A DNA stretch of 63,313 bases, filler included, from Dirinaria sp. TL-2023a (GCA_051941275.1; 37 parts of 37 records of this genome joined end to end with filler, not necessarily neighbours in it), one strand, 5' to 3'; shown: positions 1 to 10,975, counted from the first letter of the whole stretch. Notes: generated from the letters alone by a model not told the origin. A program made the numbers and translations.

Positions 1-1237
1 CTAATTAAACTCACTGCGAAAAACACTCGATGAATTTGAGAAAAAGAGAAACAGAGAACATTTGAACAGTTGAAAAAGACATGTTTGAGAGAATCGACAC
101 TCAGAATGTTTGACGAGATGAAATCAATACGAATCGAAACTAACGCATCAGATTTGACTATAAAGATTTGTCTGTGTCAGAAAAAACAGAGCAAATAACA
201 CTCAGTGACATATTTCTCGAGAAAATTATCATCAGCTGAATAGAACTACGACATACATAACAAGAAATTGCTAGTTATCGTAGCATTCTTGAAAATCTAA
301 ACAGTATATGCGAAAGAAGCATCTGAACTTAAGATAATAACGAATCATAAGAACTTGCTGTATTTTACGACAATAAAACAGTTAAATCGAAGACAAATCA
401 AATAATCGAAATTTTTTGAATAGTACAAATTTACTATACGATATACGTCAGAAAAGAATAATGACAGAGCGAACGCACTAAATCGACGAAACGATTATAT
501 GATATATAAAACGAAATTCAATCATAACATATTAAAAATGAATCAGAATGAATCATTATCGACAAACAAGACTCAGAAATTGAATGCGACACTGCGCATA
601 TTTCGAGACGATCAAGAGAAATACTTTATACAGAGAAAAAAGTTACAAATATCGACAAACAAGATTGAAAATTGCATTAAGAAATATCACGATGAGTCAT
701 TGCAGAGACATTCGAGAATATTCAAAATATTACGACTTTTACGATAAGATTGTCAGTTTTTACATATGAGACAAAAAATCGAGACATACATTAAACGATG
801 CTTTAGCTGTCAGAAGAACAAGCATGCGACTCATGCTAAATACGAAGAATTGTAGTATTAAAAATCATCAACGACATCATGAAATGAAGTCACGATCAAT
901 TTTATCATCAAATTATCGAGATCAAAGAATTCAGCAACGAGAAAAATTTATGACTTCATATTAATAGTTGTAAATAAATTAACGAAATACTCACATATTG
1001 TACTTTTTAAAAAGATTTACTTCGCGAAACAGTTAAATTACATTATATTGAATCGACTTATTCGATATCACGATATATCAAGAGAAATAACAAGCGATCG
1101 AGACAAATTATTTCGTTCAAACTATTGAAAAACTTTTATATTATTATTGAGAACGAAACTTCGACTGTCAACAGCATATTATTCGAAGATCGATGAACAA
1201 GCAAAGAGAACGAATTAGAGTCTAAAACAGTATTTAC
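1..1237 (+). mobile_element. Degenerate Ty3/Gypsy pol fragment (RT connection, RNase H, integrase HHCC and core)
   Basis: Frame 1 reads IRIETNASD, YFSRKLSSAE*NYDIHNKKLLVI, TNHKNLLYF, zinc-binding H..H..CFSC, ITSDRDKLF and LSTAYYSKIDEQAKRTN*SLKQYL; many stops at ancestral W/Q codons. Confidence 0.93.
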
Positions 1238-1511
1238 TGTCAGGGCCTGCACAGCGCTCAATGGCATATGGGTACAAATAGACTAGAACACTAACTATGA
1301 AGAAGAAAAGGAAAGGAAATCTATCTACAGGAAAACTCAAATAGGGGCCCGGAGCAATATCGGTCCGAGGACGCTAGGCCTGATAAGGCAAAACCAAACC
1401 ACCTCTAACAAAACATCTGGTATAGGCCAAACCACATACCAAGGACCTTCCTTCAGGATCCAGGGAGTCATGTGACCTGACCTAAGGTACTACAGGTCTA
1501 GGTTCATGACA
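1238..1511. mobile_element. Solo LTR (274 bp, TGTCA...TGACA), family A
   Basis: TG..CA ends with a 5-bp terminal inverted repeat; interrupts the integrase frame; a homologous copy lies in opposite orientation at 62905-63109. Confidence 0.85.
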
Positions 1512-1651
1512 GATCTATTTGAAATGTGCGACGACATACGACTTCGAATCAGTGTTACAGAATTTGTCGACGATATCAACATACTAATTTATAGCGAGTC
1601 GACGAAACGCAATTGTCATCTGTTGAAGAAGATATATGACAAATGCAAACA
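1512..1651 (+). mobile_element. Degenerate non-LTR (Tad1-like LINE) reverse transcriptase fragment
   Basis: EFVDDINILIYSESTKRNCHLLKKIYDKC resembles the fungal LINE RT motif GFVDDxNILxYGxSTExNCxxL. Confidence 0.8.
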
Positions 1652-1751
1652 NNNNNNNNNNNNNNNNNNNNNNNNNNNNNNNNNNNNNNNNNNNNTTAAT
1701 TAATTAANNNNNNNNNNNNNNNNNNNNNNNNNNNNNNNNNNNNNNNNNNNN
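1652..1751. other. Artificial contig-joining spacer N44-TTAATTAATTAA-N44 (first of 36 in the window)
   Basis: Identical 100-nt spacer recurs about every 1.7 kb; TTAATTAATTAA gives stops in all six frames; the intervening contigs decrease steadily in length. Confidence 0.98.
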
Positions 1752-1832
1752 GTCTCCAACCCTCTGCTTGCTTGTCGTATAACCATCTGCCGTCTGAGGA
1801 TGAATCCGCTGGATGCCAGTATCTGGAGGAAG

Positions 1833-3310
1833 CTAACTCGAGGGTCCCGAAGAAGGACTAATTGTGCATGCAGTCTTTACCAGCCTTAAAAGAGGATTAG
1901 GGTTAAGCTCCATTTCATAGCGCGAGAGTCTGCGTTTTCTTCCGAAGGCAGGTGCCCGTAACAATAGAAGCTTTAAAATTAGAAGATGTATCAGCTTCTC
2001 ATGACCATATTCGGATGCAAGCTGCAATGCTCTGCTCAAATCTTCCGCTTTCGATGCCGCGCCGTGATCCAAGAGAAGTTGTACTATCTTTTCATTGCCT
2101 TCTCGTGATGCGAGCTGTAGTGCAGTCTTATGATCTGTATTTGCTGCATTGACATTCGCACCGTGATCTAAAAGAAGTTGCACGATCTTTTCAAAGCCTT
2201 TTTCTGATGCAGCATGTAGTGCAGTGTCATCAAATTTTGATATTGCATTGACATCTGCACTGTGATCTAAGAGAAGTTGCACGATCTTTTCAAAGCCTTT
2301 TTCTGATGCAACATGTAGTGCAGTGTCATCATATTTTGATATTGCATTGACATTCGCACCGTGATCTAAGAGAAGTTGCACGATCTTTTCAAAACCTCTT
2401 AGTGATGCAACATGTAGTGCAGTGTCATCATATTTTGATATTGCATTGACATTCGCACCGTGATTTAAGAGAAGTTGCACGATCTTTTCAAAACCTCTTA
2501 CTGATGCAACATGTAGTGCAGTGCCACCAAATTTTGATATTGCATTGACATTCGCACCGTGATCTAAGAGAAGTTGCACGATCTTTTCATGACCTTCTTC
2601 CACCGCCATATGTAGGAATCTACCGTTCGTTGGATCTAACAAACGTCTCGTCTTCCAATCTATGGAAGAAGAAATGCATTCTTCCAGAAAGCGTGATAAT
2701 CCAAAAGCGCACGCTACCGAGAGATAGGTCTCTGGTTTAGAAATTGCGGCTCCTATTCTATTCTCTACTTTTTTGCTTACATGGAAATCCAAATCTTGGA
2801 GAGTCCATGAGCTGGTAGCCCAAGTTGGCCTATATTTTGGATTTGACTGAATATCGGAAATCCATCCTAAATATGGCGCTGGGGCTTTGGAAAAATTATC
2901 CGTGAATGACGATAATTTTTCCTTTAGCTTCTGGTAATTATCGTCGTCGACATACTTATAATGTAGTGGCCAAAACAATTCTGCATAAGCCTTGAAGACA
3001 TTGTTCGCTTGATTCATACTCCTTAATGCCGCGTCGGATGAGTGCCTAGTCACATATACGTCTAGGCACCTTTCCGCAGCAAAGGTATGCTGCTCCAGAA
3101 GTGAGTACTCGGATTTCTGTAAGAGGTACTCTCGAACGGATTGATGCGCAAACCGGAAAACCTGTCTTTCTGCATCAAGTACCACGAGATTACGGCAGAG
3201 TCGAAGTATATCGTTCTCGGAAGATGACAGCATTTCGCTGTCACTGTCGTCGTCAGACTCCAGAGACGCCCCAGGATCAGATATGTGTACGGCGGCGATT
3301 AGCTCCCGCA
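1833..3310 (-). CDS. Last exon of an ankyrin-repeat protein, probably a NACHT-ANK fungal NLR (5' part missing)
   Basis: Post-NACHT winged-helix motif LCRNLVVLD..FRFAHQSVREYL followed by about 7 ankyrin repeats; exon is preceded by a CTAACAG branch/acceptor at 3311-3317. Confidence 0.85.
2047..2589 (-). repeat. Tandem 99-nt ankyrin-coding repeats with high internal nucleotide identity
   Basis: GCATTGACAT anchor recurs at 2146, 2245, 2344, 2443 and 2542 (period 99); a more diverged unit lies at 2047-2145. Confidence 0.95.
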
Positions 3311-3497
3311 CTGTTAGTAAACGTTGAGAACATAACAGCCACTTCAGTGTCTTATTTGCTACGTCGCGCGCATAAGTCTCCGCGTCGTCAATCTGCGNNN
3401 NNNNNNNNNNNNNNNNNNNNNNNNNNNNNNNNNNNNNNNNNTTAATTAATTAANNNNNNNNNNNNNNNNNNNNNNNNNNNNNNNNNNNNNNNNNNNN

Positions 3498-3656
3498 TCT
3501 CTATTATCTAGCATCAGCTGATCATGGTGGGGCATGATGGCGGGGTGGTGTTAGGAGTCGCAGTTATGTATAGCAGACCACCCACTCTTTCTTGGGGACC
3601 TTAGTGATTAGTTCTAGCAAGAACTATAGTACTAGATAGCAAGCCAACCTATTACA
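3498..3656. mobile_element. LTR fragment (family B), truncated by contig start
   Basis: Ends in TATTACA; its reverse complement aligns with 22022 onward (TGTAATAG...TGCTAGAACTAATCACTAAG...AAAGAGTG). Confidence 0.7.
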
Positions 3657-3699
3657 CTACCACGTCTTTCACATAGTACGGGTCAGCATGTAGCAGACT

Positions 3700-4090
3700 A
3701 GTACGACCTTACAGCGTCACGCAGCTTATTGCCTACAGCCACGTTGTAGCTCAGCGGTTAGTGCAACTCTATAAAGCTGCGCAGGAGGGCCCATCCTGTT
3801 GCCAAACACAACGGTTCAATATCCGCTTCTTACTCGAATTAATTCAACGCGTCTGCGAAGACGAAGCGCCCAACACCGAAGCCATCCTATCTTTGCTAAT
3901 CACCACGGTGAACCTCACGAATTCGCTTCTAAAATTACTTCAGCCCAAAGGTACATTGTATAATCATTGGCTTTGGGTCAGCAAGGGTCAAGAGATTGAG
4001 AGCACGTTCTCTGCGCTGAACGACAAGACCCGTCTGCTCCAGTTACATAGTGGGGCCCGATGTTGGCAAATAGAGCTCCCCCGGAGGTAA
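3700..4090 (+). pseudogene. Gene remnant resembling a helical N-terminal domain of fungal STAND proteins (SesA/HeLo-like)
   Basis: SVTQLIAYSHVVAQRLVQLYKAAQEG...LYNHWLWVSKGQEIESTFSALNDKTRLLQLH; amphipathic pattern recognised by eye only; no clear start, LTR just upstream. Confidence 0.3.
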
Positions 4091-4382
4091 TTTCCAACGA
4101 TAATAAAATATAGAAATCTCTACAAGCTGTAGGGAATGCGGATCAGCACCTGCGTGGAGCCGGCGAAGATGAAGTGCTATGCGTAAAATGGCTGGGGAAT
4201 TTCGAAGGAACATCACAGATGGACTTCTCATGTCACGGCAAGAGTGAATGCTGGTATTCTTGATCTGCTTTTTAACGGATTGACTTTTTCCTTAGTTGTG
4301 ATATTGATACAAGATTCACGATTTGTCTCTTTAACAATCGCCATTCGTTGGCGGACTGGTCCATCGTCCTGCCGTGAGATAC

Positions 4383-4580
4383 GCGCTGAGGGAGTACTCG
4401 GGAGGAAAGCGCTCTCGACGGCTAGACTTAGGCTACCCAGCGAGTACGTCCTCAGGGAACGCCCACGGCAGACCCTCAACTTCCTGGTCTGTTAAGGGTA
4501 CACTCCCTACGGTCAGAAGCTGAGGGCTGACTAAGGGAATATCCGCTAAGGACCTTCCTCAGCGAGTACTCCCTCAGCGC
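4383..4580. repeat. 198-bp segment bounded by perfect 18-bp inverted repeats (MITE/foldback-like)
   Basis: GCGCTGAGGGAGTACTCG at 4383-4400 and its exact complement at 4563-4580; further degenerate copies near 4438 and 4606. Confidence 0.6.
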
Positions 4581-5235
4581 CATAGCACACCCTCAATTTT
4601 TGGCTGCGCCGAGAAGTACTCGCTGAGCGATCGTGCTTGAGGAGTGGGAGCAGTACGACGTCGTGATCGAGATGTTAGTAGAGTTCGTGCAGCAGCGGTA
4701 CGAACTCGCTTGGAGTGACGCGTTTCTTGTGCAGGAATATTAGGATCTAACTCTCCTAATGGCTGTCGACGCTTATTTCGCTGAGTCTGTACAGTTAAAG
4801 TTAGCCACATAAGGATATGTGAGTAGAAAAGAATACAGACTCGATATCGATTGTAAAGACTTAATAATCTGGTGGAATCAGCGCCTTGAAACTCCTCAAC
4901 CGGTCCTAGAAGCTGAAAGCAACTGATAAAGAGTATGTAAGAGTGAATACAATTGTGTGATGACGCGATGTAATGATGCGAAGAAATGCAAGAGAAAACA
5001 AACGCGCAAAGAATTATAAACAATTGTTCGGAAAAGCGGAAAAGAACTTCCATGTCACGTGAGGAGTCAATCTTGGCGGCACTCGAGAGCCAATCACTCG
5101 AACAGGGGGGAGAGGAGAGGCAATATAATGAGTGTNNNNNNNNNNNNNNNNNNNNNNNNNNNNNNNNNNNNNNNNNNNNTTAATTAATTAANNNNNNNNN
5201 NNNNNNNNNNNNNNNNNNNNNNNNNNNNNNNNNNN

Positions 5236-5597
5236 ACCGTGAAGACGATATCTTCGCCGCGGACACGGTGGTCGGCAGCACGGGTGACGAGGCTTCGAGC
5301 ACCACCACTCTCGTGTCCGAGCGTGGGAAAGCTGTTGCCGCGGCCTCGTCCATCACACCGAAAGCGCCCCCCAAGAAAAAGAAGACCCTCGAGTCTTGGG
5401 ACGACGAGGACGAGGATGACGAGGATGAAGTTGGCGAGGGCGAGGTCGAGGCCGGTGGAAATAGAGGAGCCGATGATGATGATGGTTTGGGGACTCGGAC
5501 TGTGGATGAGATGGAACGCGGGTTTTTGAATGTGTACAAAGCGTTTTCGCTCCTAAAGAAGGAATTCGATGAGAAGTTCCACGCCATGTGGGCTTGA
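5236..5597 (+). CDS. 3' end of a large protein, probably the fungal DDX60-like DEAD/DEAH helicase
   Basis: Acidic linker followed by GFLNVYKAFSLLKKEFDEKFHAMWA*, a C-terminus I recall from this family; no helicase motifs are present in the fragment. Confidence 0.5.
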
Positions 5598-5879
5598 GGT
5601 GGCGATGGATATAGATAATGAAATGAATAGGTAAAATTAGAAATTGGTACTCACGAGCAACGATTGAAATGTCGTATGCGAGAGGGCCGATCGATCGCCT
5701 TGGCATTAATGATGAGTGGAGATGAAGTATGATAGAATTGTCTACTTTAGTATGTAATTGGTAGTACTACTAGAAGGAACTGACATATCTCGCTGTGCGA
5801 TGAAATCTACTCTTTTCTTTTTTTTTTTTTTGGTCTGATATCCATCCATCCATCCCGTCGTAAGATAAGATAGGGAACT

Positions 5880-6870
5880 TCAATCCACACCATCATCATC
5901 ATCGCCCGCTTCAGCTGCTCCCAGCTGCGTCTTCTCGGCAGCCTGCACTTCGGTCCCACCCATCCGTGCTTTCTGCAGCAGCGTGAACACGACTACGAAC
6001 AGGATTTCGGAGGTGGATTTGTTGAGGAGGACGTATCTGATTGCAACATGGAATGGTTAAACTCTTGGAACTTGGTGATGGGAAAAAAAAAAATTTTAAA
6101 ATTGATAATTATGAACATACCGGAGCGAATCTTCGCCGCCCAGATAGGGTAGTATGGAGAGGGAGAAACCGGGGAGTTTGAGCGCGAAATCTAGAGCGAT
6201 CGAGATCTGTCAGTGTATAAGGTTCCTTTTTCTTTTTTTTTGTCCCACCAAGATCTTGCAAAAAAAAAAGAAAAGAAAAAAAAATTGCAACAGCATTAGC
6301 AGGGGGGGATAAAACAACAGTAACATCAAAAACGAAAACCAACACGAAAAAAAAACTGACCGTTGAAATCGAGATAGGGATTGAAGAAATCCGCCCGATA
6401 CACCCTCCCCGCTTCCCACGTCCACTTGGATCCTTCTTTCAAGAACCATTTCTTCCTCTCCTCTGCGCCGGCTGGCATCCCGCTCTCCTGTCTTTGATCG
6501 ATTCCGCTTCCTTCACCTCCCTCCTCCTCCTCTTCCTCTTCCCCTTCGTTCCTTCCTTCCAGCAAAGCCTTCCCATCTTCTTTACTCTTCTCGCTCTTTT
6601 TCTCCCCAACTCGCAAAATATTCAAACTACTCCCCGCGGGCCCGTACAGGAACGGTTTGTCCGCGTACACATCCCCCTCCAATCCCGGATCGATGGCCCA
6701 TTTCACGATGCGGAACGCGGCGTTGAAGCCAGGCGGCAGGCGGTCGCGGATCGGATGGTCGAAGTCGTTCCCGAACAGCAGTGAGGGGCCCGGGATGTCG
6801 GTGGTGGGTGTGAAGGAGAAGGAGATTGAGTATTGATCGCTTTTGTGGGGGGCGTGGGAGAAGTAGGGGG
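5880..6870 (-). CDS. DUF1769 (UPF0590) family protein, 5'-truncated, two introns (about 6209-6360 and 6038-6120)
   Basis: LLFGNDFDHPIRDRLPPGFNAAFRIVKWAIDPGLEGDVYADKPFLYGP, ADFFNPYLDFN, LKLPGFSL, YVLLNKST..LFVVVFTL; stop TGA at 5880-5882. Confidence 0.85.
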
Positions 6871-6970
6871 NNNNNNNNNNNNNNNNNNNNNNNNNNNNNN
6901 NNNNNNNNNNNNNNTTAATTAATTAANNNNNNNNNNNNNNNNNNNNNNNNNNNNNNNNNNNNNNNNNNNN

Positions 6971-8008
6971 ACGGAGGGGTGGGGGGGAGGTGAGTGATAG
7001 ATTTGAAAGGTTGGGAAGGAGGAGGGTGGCGGTATCCTCTTGCTCCGGATCGGGATCTGGTTGGAGATAGACATCGAGTTCGTTGATGGTGCGGTCGAGG
7101 TCGCTGGCGTCGCCGGAGATGGAGCACGCCCAATCGTAGTGCATGCCTGAGAACCCATATTTACGGCCTAGACAGATGTTTTGCCAGATACTGTCTTCGG
7201 TTGCAACGAGGTGCGCGAGATGTTTGCACACGAGGGATAGCCGGGAGAAAGACGCTACGTCGGCGAGGGCGAGATAGGACAGGATGTCGATGAGAAGCTC
7301 GTTGGGAACGGTAGAGATAGGACAGGGCGGCGAGGGCGACTGCTCCGTTTCCGGGGCCACGGGAGGTATGGAGTGACCGGCGAAGGAGGCGATGAGTTGA
7401 GATATCGACGGTGTAGTAGTTGTAGAGGCGGGGGGCCCGTCTAGGGAGTGGTGGGCGGTTCCGGGGACGGTGACAGGCGCATTCGACGGGTTCGGGTTGC
7501 TGGGTTTCGATGCGGTCGACGTCGGAGGGAAATGTTTGTTGCGGTAGATGCGGTCGACGCCAGCGTCGAGCCTGTAGGCTTTTCGGTAGAGTGTCACGCT
7601 GTCTCCGAAGTTGCCTTGCTCTTCTCGTTCCACGGCTCGTTCGTAATGCTCTAGAGCAGAACTCGGCGTCTTAGGTGCTGCAGTAATACTTGATTGTGAA
7701 TCTTCGCCCTCCGAACCCCCTAGTCGGCGAGCTGCATCTTTGTTCTCTAGGTCGTGATATGTATGCGGCTCAGCGTCCCCTGAAGCTTCATTCTCCGCTC
7801 TCGAAGCGCTGGCTTCCTCGAGTCTCGAATACCGCGGGGGTCGCCTGGCTTTTGAAGGCTCGCCTCTTCCAGCTGTGCTCCTTCCGATATCCAGAGGGTG
7901 TGCAGATCGTTCCCATTTGCCTGACGTACTACCCTTTGCACGGGCCGTGACTTCCTCTTTCCATTGCTTGCGGAAAATTTCCAGCTCCGCGCTTGGGTCA
8001 CTTGACAT
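6971..8008 (-). CDS. HRT3: F-box protein of the Hrt3/Pof7/FBXO9 family, 3'-truncated
   Basis: N-terminal ELEIFRKQWKEEV, ALEHYERAVEREEQGNFGDSVTLYRKAYRLD and F-box PISTVPNELLIDIL..RLSLVCKHL..EDSIW. Confidence 0.8.
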
Positions 8009-9352
8009 TTTGAGAGGCAGTTGTGATTGCTTCTGCGGTAGGTTGAAGGCTAAATCAGGGACATTAGCCAGGATAGTCGGTAATGATAATGAAGGTTACG
8101 TAGGATGAAAGAGATATTCATTGAAAAAGCAGGTACCGACATCGAGGGTGTACAGTATGAGTCAAGTAGGCGACTGGAGCGAGTGTCGTAATTGCACTTC
8201 TACCGTTTAATCTTCGGGTAGATATCAGCATCATGTTTCGGATTTACTCGGTAGATACGATACAGTAGATAATCTCGATAATCTAGATTATTCGTCTTCT
8301 TTCGACATTCGGAAAACGCTCCTACTCGATAAATCAGTCGTAAATGCAGGGTAGGATTCTGAACCGAATTGTGCGTTTACCTTATCTACCACAGCTGCCA
8401 TCAAAATTTCTTTTGCTAAGTGATGGCTGTAACAAAGGTTCTTTCTCTTTGCATCTTATTTTGCCCTTACTCGGCAAAACCAATTGGGATCCTATGATCA
8501 GGACAGATCCATGTCAACATGCATTGCCATGCCACGTTGTTTCGTCGACGCAAGCTCATTTCCCTGAGCCAAGTGTCTCGTTCTCATTGCTTGCGGGTGC
8601 AATAANNNNNNNNNNNNNNNNNNNNNNNNNNNNNNNNNNNNNNNNNNNNTTAATTAATTAANNNNNNNNNNNNNNNNNNNNNNNNNNNNNNNNNNNNNNN
8701 NNNNNGAAAAGTCTTGAATGCTCGCCGGCGCCGTGCAATCAATAGCAGGCACAGCGGTGGATCAGGCTCAGCGTTTAGATACCCGCCATCGAGACGAACA
8801 GGCTTGAAATGGATTCTTGTAGTTAGAAATTCAAGGAGCTTGATATTCTGCAGTGGCAATTTGGCCTTTAGCATAATTTTCTGTGGTTGTACTCTGAGAT
8901 AGGGTCTTGCTTGTCGTGGTAGCATTGTTGAGCACACTTAGGACACGAGGCTAGCAGTGATGACTAGGGGGGATGGCCAACGAGATGGACGATATCAGTC
9001 TGCGACCAATGCGGAGCTGATTGGGATTCATGGCCATGCTTACACTGTTTTTGCAGTCCAATGTAAAGTCCTTCGCTGTGCTGAAATTGAACCCTTCACT
9101 AGTGTCGTGCAGAAAATTGCTGAGTCTTATCTCCACTACCTACAGCTTGAGTTGATAACAAATCCTGGTCTTCTCGAGAAGTTTAGATTGTGATCCGCCC
9201 ATCGTGGGACCGCTAATGGCTCGCGTCTTGAGTCCATCTCTTTTGATCAGACGATAAGTACCGTCCGCGGCGCATATCCTAGGATAGCCACGATTCGCCC
9301 CCACCGGTTCCGAGTATTTCACCAATGCCTTCTTGCTGAGGCAATCCCAACC

Positions 9353-9763
9353 TCAAACCCCTTGACCCTCAAACTCCACAATGTTTCCTAGCCCCTCGCT
9401 AACGATCCTGATCGCCTCATCTATAGCTTTCACCGGTATTGTGACATCCACCTTCTTTCCGTTCCCGCTCTCGCCTCGCTGCCCCTCTTTCTGCCGGGTC
9501 TCATCCCTTCCACCCCTCGCTTCCTCGACCAAAATGCGCATAACCTCATCATAGTCTCGGTCTTCGTCCTCTCTGAACAGCTGAAGGCTTCGCTCTTTGA
9601 TCTTATCCAGCCAAGCCACGTTTTGGCATTCGGCGACGAGGCTTTCCTGGAGTTTGGGTATGCAGGTTGTTTGCGAGAGGAGGGCGGAGGTTATTTTGGC
9701 ATTGAGTTTGGGAGGTAGAGGGGCTGATGTTGGGGTAGGTACGAGGATTTTTGGTGGTCGCAT
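9353..9763 (-). CDS. Sus1/ENY2-like small helical protein (136 aa)
   Basis: ITSALL..KLQESLVAEC..AWLDKIKERSLQL..YDEVMRILVEEAR..IPVKAIDEAIRIVSEGLGNIVE follows the helix pattern and W-x-D-K-x-K of Sus1. Confidence 0.55.
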   Translation of the reverse strand: MRPPKILVPTPTSAPLPPKLNAKITSALLSQTTCIPKLQESLVAECQNVAWLDKIKERSLQLFREDEDRDYDEVMRILVEEARGGRDETRQKEGQRGESGNGKKVDVTIPVKAIDEAIRIVSEGLGNIVEFEGQGV

Positions 9764-10205
9764 TTTGGGAGGATTTTGTGGATGTGTCTTAAGGAGGTGT
9801 GCGGTGACTTGATCGTGGGGATGTTGCGAGAGACGCTACTGCGTGGTAATTGATCATGCTTGTGTTAATGGCAGTGGATCATTACTGAATGGCTATGTTG
9901 ACGGAGAAAGGTGAGCAACACAATGATCTCACAAGAGTGAAGTGGTAAAAGATGTTGCATAAAGAGAGGTTTTGGAGCTAGACCCGATTAGGTAGCCAGG
10001 TGTCCTCCAAGGACGATTTTGATCTGATTTTCACTCTTGCACCTGCTCAAGCTACTTTACTCTGCCATGTCTTTCGCTGACGTTAATTAGACTGCCAATT
10101 GACCATTTTGTAAATAAATTAATCTGCTTCTCGACTAATGTGTTACTCTCTGGGGAACCTCATAGGCTAAGTGCGGCCATAAGTCCCTTCTCAACCAATG
10201 TCTCT

Positions 10206-10337
10206 ATGATGTCTAATATATCATTCACTCCCCCAAAAGCTCTCCTATTTGATTTGATGGGCACTTGCTGCGACTGGTACTCTTCTATTCTCAACACGAT
10301 CAATGCCTCGCCTCCGGTCTCCAATTTGCCTCCCCAC
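10206..10337 (+). CDS. HAD-superfamily hydrolase (haloacid dehalogenase type II-like), N-terminus only
   Basis: HAD motif I in PKALLFDLMGTCCDWYSSI. Confidence 0.75.
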
Positions 10338-10437
10338 NNNNNNNNNNNNNNNNNNNNNNNNNNNNNNNNNNNNNNNNNNNNTTAATTAATTAANNNNNNN
10401 NNNNNNNNNNNNNNNNNNNNNNNNNNNNNNNNNNNNN

Positions 10438-10975
10438 TCCAAGTAATTTCAAACCCTCGCTGTCGCCGTCCCAACTCGGATCCCGTATGATTGAGAGGAT
10501 GATGTTGAGATTTATGTCGAAGCTCAAGTATAGGTGCCCAATGGCATGAAAATACCGGTCAGATATCCTGTTGCAAAACTCTAGTAAAGTTGCTTCTTCA
10601 ATAAAGTTGAACGTGTATGTCATATATGCGATTTCAATGTGTTCCTTGGTCTCACGATACCTGACAATGAAATTGTCAGATCGACTGCAGTGACAATCCC
10701 AGCAGTGAACGGATTTCCAAACTGACGCTTGCCTACAAATCAGTGGCAGTGATGCACGCGGGTTTGATATTTTCTCCCATACCCAATCGGTTACACCAGT
10801 TGTAACTGAAAGGATCTGTGCCCCGCAACGCGCTCCACGGTGTTTCGAACAAATAGTCACCTCGTCGGATGTAGACTATTTCGCGCTGGCCGTCAAGCGC
10901 AAAGCGATATATGATTCGGCGTATCTCGAGAGGTAGGCGAAAGAGGGGGGAAATCTCCCTTGACTGGGAATTGTC
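10438..10975 (-). pseudogene. Fungal DUF7730/F-box-like gene, apparently frameshifted, 3'-truncated
   Basis: SPLFRLPLEIRRIIYRFAL in one frame; LPLICRQ-(intron)-YRETKEHIEIAYMTYTFNF..FHAIGHLYL in another, with the shift near 10860. Confidence 0.5.

Noticed and set aside
1..1237. APOBEC3G-like retroelement editing
   Set aside because: Changes occur on both strands, affect non-retroelement DNA too, and have GG>GA polarity rather than strand-specific GG>AG.
3700..3950. Minus-strand frame with TAA/TAG stops that looked like canonical CpA RIP of Gln codons
   Set aside because: The stops are the antisense of TTA/CTA Leu codons in the open plus-strand frame.
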